NCBI RefSeq assembly: GCF_041365945.1 | Contig: NZ_JBGFSK010000017.1 | Span: 2,555-12,733 of the forward strand | DNA from: Janibacter sp. GXQ6167 | Lineage (GTDB): Bacteria; Actinomycetota; Actinomycetes; Actinomycetales; Dermatophilaceae | Direction of reading: 5' to 3' | DNA length: 10,179 bases | Shown here: in pieces, positions 7,057 through 10,179 of the stretch | Position numbering within the stretch: position 1 is the first letter of the stretch | Layout of the letters: each line of letters begins with the position of its first letter | Notes under the pieces: generated by a model | Seen by the model: only the letters and a program-made list of their open reading frames with translations | Databases searched by the model: none | What the model was told of the DNA's origin: nothing | Program-made: the position numbers and the translations under genes

Positions 7057-8256
7057 ATGAAGATCTACGACGTCATCAAGAACGAGACCGGCCTTCTCAA
7101 CGACGGCCTGGGCTCGAAGGCCGTGCTGGCGTGGAAGTTCACCGGTGAGGACTTCAACGACAACACGCAGCTGATCGTCTCCGAATCGGAGGAGGCGATC
7201 TTCATCCGCGACGGCATCGCCGTGGCGACCTTCGGCGGCGGCCGCTACACGCTCAACAGCAACAACCACCCCTTCATCGGCAGGCTGAGGAACCTGCTCT
7301 CCGGCGGGGTGAGCGCGTTCAGCTCGCGGGTGTACTTCGTCAACATCGATCACAAGTTGGAACTGCTGTGGGGCACCGACAGCCCGATCCAGCTCCGCGA
7401 CCCGGTCTGGAGCCTGCAGACCAGCGTGCAGGCGCGCGGCTCGTACTCGATCCAGGTGACGGACTCCAAGAAGTTCCTGATCAAACTGCTCGGCACCAAC
7501 ATCCAGGTTTTCGACGAGCAGCAGCTCGCCGGCTACTTCCGCAGCGCCTTCTCGCAGCACATCCGCGGACAGATCGCCCGCTACATCCGCGACTCCGGCC
7601 AGGAGATCCTGGAGATCACCTCGGACATCGAGCTGCTGGCCGAGCAGCTGCACCCGAGGCTCGCACCGCTGCTGGATGAGTACGGCGTGAAGCTCGTCAA
7701 CTTCTACATCGCCGCGATCGACATCCCCACCGACGACCCGAACCGCCAAGTGCTGGAGAACTCGATCGCACAGAAGCAGGCCAAGCTGCAGAGCGCGCAG
7801 GGCGATAAGGCCGTCATGGGGCTGCTCGGGGAAGACTGGGCCAGGCAGCAGTCGGCCACCATCCTCACCGAGCTCGCCAAGAACCCCGGCGCGGGTGGCG
7901 TGGCTTCCGCGGGTGCCGCAGCAGGCGTTGGCCTGGCTGCGGGCAGCGTCTTCGGGGAGATGGCGACGCAGATGTTCACGCGCCCCGTCCAGCCCGCAGG
8001 CGACCCGATGGCTGGCAATGTCGGGCGCAACCGCACATCGCGCTTCTCGCCCGCAGAGCCTGCCGCGCCGGCCGCCGCCGAGACGTGTCCGGGCTGCGGC
8101 GCGAGCGTGGCGGCGGGAGCGAAGTTCTGCCCGGAGTGCGGCAACCGTCTCGCACCTCAGCAGGTGCCCTGCTCGGGTTGCGGAACCGCAATCGCGAGCA
8201 CGGCCAAGTTCTGCCCCGAATGCGGAACGCCGAACAACCAGGGAGCATCCTCATGA
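7057..8256 (+). CDS. SPFH/band-7 (stomatin-prohibitin-like) domain protein with two C-terminal zinc ribbons (COG4260-like membrane-protease-subunit family)
   Basis: N-terminus MKIYDVIKNETGLLNDGLGSKAVLAWKF...SESEEAIFIRDGIAV. The C-terminus carries CPGCGASVAAGAKFCPECG and CSGCGTAIASTAKFCPECG. The stop overlaps the next start. Confidence 0.8.
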   Translation: MKIYDVIKNETGLLNDGLGSKAVLAWKFTGEDFNDNTQLIVSESEEAIFIRDGIAVATFGGGRYTLNSNNHPFIGRLRNLLSGGVSAFSSRVYFVNIDHKLELLWGTDSPIQLRDPVWSLQTSVQARGSYSIQVTDSKKFLIKLLGTNIQVFDEQQLAGYFRSAFSQHIRGQIARYIRDSGQEILEITSDIELLAEQLHPRLAPLLDEYGVKLVNFYIAAIDIPTDDPNRQVLENSIAQKQAKLQSAQGDKAVMGLLGEDWARQQSATILTELAKNPGAGGVASAGAAAGVGLAAGSVFGEMATQMFTRPVQPAGDPMAGNVGRNRTSRFSPAEPAAPAAAETCPGCGASVAAGAKFCPECGNRLAPQQVPCSGCGTAIASTAKFCPECGTPNNQGASS

Positions 8257-8930
8257 CCCGCACGATCCTGCGCGCCATCCTGTGGCTCGTCCCCATCGCC
8301 GTCTACGTCGCCATCTTCCTCATCCTCGAGGCCCCGCAGGGCGCGACGTTCTGGACGTCCGCACTGCTGCTGGCGTTCGCCTACGTCATGCTCGCCGTCA
8401 GTTTCGTCGCCGTGCCGCGCAGTCGGATAGCCGCGATCCTGGCCATGCCCCTGATCCTGGTGGCGAGCATCTACTTCACTGCCGAGCTCATCGCGGCCAG
8501 CATCTTCATCTACGTGCAGGACATTCCATACCCGTGGGTGATCATCACGCAGCTGATCCTGGCCGCGATCTTCCTCGTCGTGTTCCTCACCACCTTGTTG
8601 TCCAACGAGGCCATCGCCGCCCAGATCGAGACCCAGCACGCCGACGTCCTGGTGATCAAGAGCGCCGTCACCCGCATCACGGCCCTGGGACGTGTCGCCC
8701 ACGATCCGCGCCTGGCGAAGTCGCTGGACGGGCTGGCCGAGGAGTTCCGCTACAGCCCGACGATGCGCTCGAACCAGGTGCGCGAAGTCGACGCGCAGAT
8801 CGCCGTGCAGCTCGAGCGACTGGAGAGCCTCGTCCACATCCAAGCTTCGCAAGAGGATACCGTCGGCCAGATCGCGGCGATATCCGGGGCGCTCGCTTCA
8901 CGCAACGAGGCGATCAAGCTCCGCCAGTAG
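8253..8930 (+). CDS. Integral membrane protein (about 4 TM helices) with a C-terminal amphipathic / coiled-coil cytoplasmic domain; translationally coupled partner of the SPFH protein
   Basis: ATG 8253 overlaps the TGA of the SPFH gene (tcATGA). Hydrophobic segments LWLVPIAVYVAIFLIL, LLLAFAYVMLAVSFVAV, AILAMPLILVASIYF and ITQLILAAIFLVVFLTTLL, followed by a helical tail (QIAVQLERLESLVHIQASQEDTVGQIAAISGALASRNEAIKLRQ). Confidence 0.75.
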   Translation: MTRTILRAILWLVPIAVYVAIFLILEAPQGATFWTSALLLAFAYVMLAVSFVAVPRSRIAAILAMPLILVASIYFTAELIAASIFIYVQDIPYPWVIITQLILAAIFLVVFLTTLLSNEAIAAQIETQHADVLVIKSAVTRITALGRVAHDPRLAKSLDGLAEEFRYSPTMRSNQVREVDAQIAVQLERLESLVHIQASQEDTVGQIAAISGALASRNEAIKLRQ

Positions 8931-9226
8931 GAGGAGGTGCATAGGGCAGACCCGCGCGCAGATCCGGCCACGGCTGCGGCACCAGCTGGTCGAGCGTGAC
9001 ACCGAGCACCTGCGCGATGGCCATGATCTTGCGCAGACTCGGGTTGGCCGGAGTCTCCGGCATCGACTCGCCCTTCTCGAACTTCTGGAAGGTGTAGCGC
9101 GTGAGCCCAGCGGCGTAGGCAACCTGCTCCTGGGTGAGTCCACGGTCGATCCGGTGCCGCTGAATGCTGGCACCAAGTTCGCGCGCGTACTGGGGCCAAG
9201 GGCCATCGGGTCGTCGTTTTTGCCAT
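8914..9226 (-). pseudogene. XRE-family (Cro/CI-type) helix-turn-helix transcriptional regulator. The reading frame is interrupted by a 1-nt frameshift inside a 5-nt homopolymer (plus-strand T5 at 9217-9221). The 3' end overlaps the end of the membrane-protein gene convergently by 17 nt.
   Basis: The HTH frame reads ...RELGASIQRHRIDRGLTQEQVAYAAGLTRYTFQKFEKGESMPETPANPSLRKIMAIAQVLGVTLDQLV, but has no ATG/GTG/TTG before Met-56. ATG 9226 is in the -1 frame; removing one A from the A5 run gives an intact 104-aa protein, MAKRRPDGPWPQYARELGASIQRH.... This frame is not in the ORF track because it lacks a start. Confidence 0.6.
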
Positions 9227-9263
9227 CACCCCAGGCTGAGCAGGTGGCCTCCCGGAACGAACC

Positions 9264-9283
9264 TCCTGTATATGGCAATAGAT
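9264..9283 (-). promoter_or_regulatory. AT-rich motif copy B: ATCTATTGCCATATACAGGA (minus strand), 37 nt upstream of the XRE start. Putative promoter or operator.
   Basis: Exact 13-mer GCCATATACAGGA and 7-mer ATCTATT shared with 1635..1661, in the same orientation relative to the downstream gene. Confidence 0.45.
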
Positions 9284-9376
9284 CCGCTCGATCAGTAACC
9301 CCGCGTGGCCGTCGGCGACGATAGGCGCATGAATGAAGAAGGCCCGGGAGCCGCTCCAGCCGAGAACTCGTGGTTC

Positions 9377-9919
9377 TCAAGGCCGGGGCGAACTCCCGAG
9401 CAGGGCGTGCAGCTGATGGCTGGCTGGTGAGACGGCGCGAATGCGGGTCTCGTGGAGGGCGGGGTCGTGCGTGCGCAGGTACATCGCCCAGAACGCCGCG
9501 TCGGCATACGTTGTGTGCAGATCTGACTGCGCCCGCCAGCCGCTCGAAGCGGTGCGCCGGTAGCCGACTTCGTAAGGGCCGCCATGCAGGAGTTCCTGCA
9601 CGAGTGATGCCGGGACGTCACCGACCGGGTAGGTGCTGCCGATATCGCCCACGAGGAGCACGTCGCCGTGCAACGCCGGCCGCTGCCTTGAAGTGGTGTC
9701 CCAGAACCAGCGCAGCGACGAGGCGCGCAGGTTCATCGGGAGCCCGTTTCGGCGGTCGTCGGCGTCGAGCCACATCGTGACACCTCGGCTCTCGATGTCG
9801 ATCGGGATCACCAGATCAGCGAGCTGCTGAATGTCTGCGAACCCTGCGACCTCCCGCGTTTCGAGTTGTTGCTCGATCTGCGCCGGGATGAGAACAGCCG
9901 TGACGGTCTCACCATTCAC
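9377..9919 (-). CDS. DUF3846-family protein (a small family common in actinobacterial phages and integrative elements) with a ~80-aa C-terminal extension
   Basis: GTG start at 9919 with GGGTGAG upstream. The N-terminal 100 aa (TAVLIPAQIEQQLETREVAGFADIQQLADLVIPIDIE...GVTMWLDADDRRNGLPMNLRASSLRWFWD...GDVLLVGDIGSTYPVGDVPASLVQELL) fit my recollection of the DUF3846 pattern (VxPADG...VxE...LxxLxxxVGGxIE...xWxNEEGxLxxLPxNxxAT.L). Confidence 0.65.
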   Translation of the reverse strand: MNGETVTAVLIPAQIEQQLETREVAGFADIQQLADLVIPIDIESRGVTMWLDADDRRNGLPMNLRASSLRWFWDTTSRQRPALHGDVLLVGDIGSTYPVGDVPASLVQELLHGGPYEVGYRRTASSGWRAQSDLHTTYADAAFWAMYLRTHDPALHETRIRAVSPASHQLHALLGSSPRP

Positions 9920-10179
9920 GACGGCTCACCCGCAGTGAGGCAGTAGTGCCCCGTAGCGTGGTGTAGCCCGCGGTGGCCGGCTCGTCGTTCGCGACGTAGG
10001 CGCGGTCACCGTGTGATCCTTCGAGAAGTCTCTTACCTCCACTCGAAAGGCATCATCACGATGACCGCTCCTCATATTGTCGACAGTGAGGATGGGTTTT
10101 GGCATCCCCGGGTGGAGGTCTGACTCGATTGTCGACGGGCGTCAGCGACTGCCTTTGCATGGGATTCGTCGATCTTCAG

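Noticed and set aside
7895-8944. 349-aa plus-strand ORF overlapping the SPFH C-terminus and the membrane-protein gene in another frame
   Set aside because: It is an R/P/A-rich low-complexity product. The alternative frames there carry clear zinc-ribbon and TM-helix signatures.
9362-9378. LexA SOS/Cheo box
   Set aside because: The spacer is 5 nt rather than the 4 nt required by GAAC-N4-GTTC.
9916-10083. 55-aa minus-strand upstream ORF (MRSGHRDDAFRVEV...) ending 9 nt before the DUF3846 start, and a 20-aa plus-strand ORF at 10061
   Set aside because: Both are short. The first is R/P/T-rich low complexity. Neither shows a convincing RBS or composition signal, and both are below any threshold I can support.

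Overview
High-GC (about 67%) actinobacterial-type DNA that reads as the decayed edge of an integrated mobile element (genomic island) and its cargo. Minus strand, left end: an ISL3-family IS remnant (frameshifted, 3'-truncated transposase; terminal inverted repeat (IR) GGCTCTTCAC at 1226-1235) has inserted into, and cut off, a tyrosine-integrase gene. Only the N-terminal core-binding domain of the integrase survives (1236..1653). Bases 1-537 have no convincing gene. Plus strand: a tight, co-directional, apparently co-transcribed block runs from 1715 to 8930. It encodes a zinc-ribbon + TPR-like protein; a 2-TM membrane protein followed by a strong GC hairpin; a large FtsK/HerA-superfamily (DUF87-like) P-loop ATPase with an unusual ~420-aa N-terminal region; a translationally coupled, extremely acidic disordered protein with a C-terminal ParB/sulfiredoxin-like GGRHR motif; an SPFH/band-7 protein with two C-terminal zinc ribbons (COG4260-like); and a translationally coupled 4-TM coiled-coil membrane protein. 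I could not match this gene combination to any named defence, conjugation or secretion system, and it is the best candidate in this window for an undescribed (possibly membrane-associated defence or stress) system. Right end, minus strand: an XRE-family HTH regulator whose reading frame is broken inside a T5/A5 homopolymer and whose 3' end overlaps the last cargo gene convergently, then a DUF3846-family protein. A 20-nt AT-rich motif (ATCTATTGCCATATACAGGA) sits in the same orientation upstream of both the cargo block and the XRE gene, which suggests a shared promoter or operator. All calls rest on reading the sequence and on memory of protein families; no database search was run.
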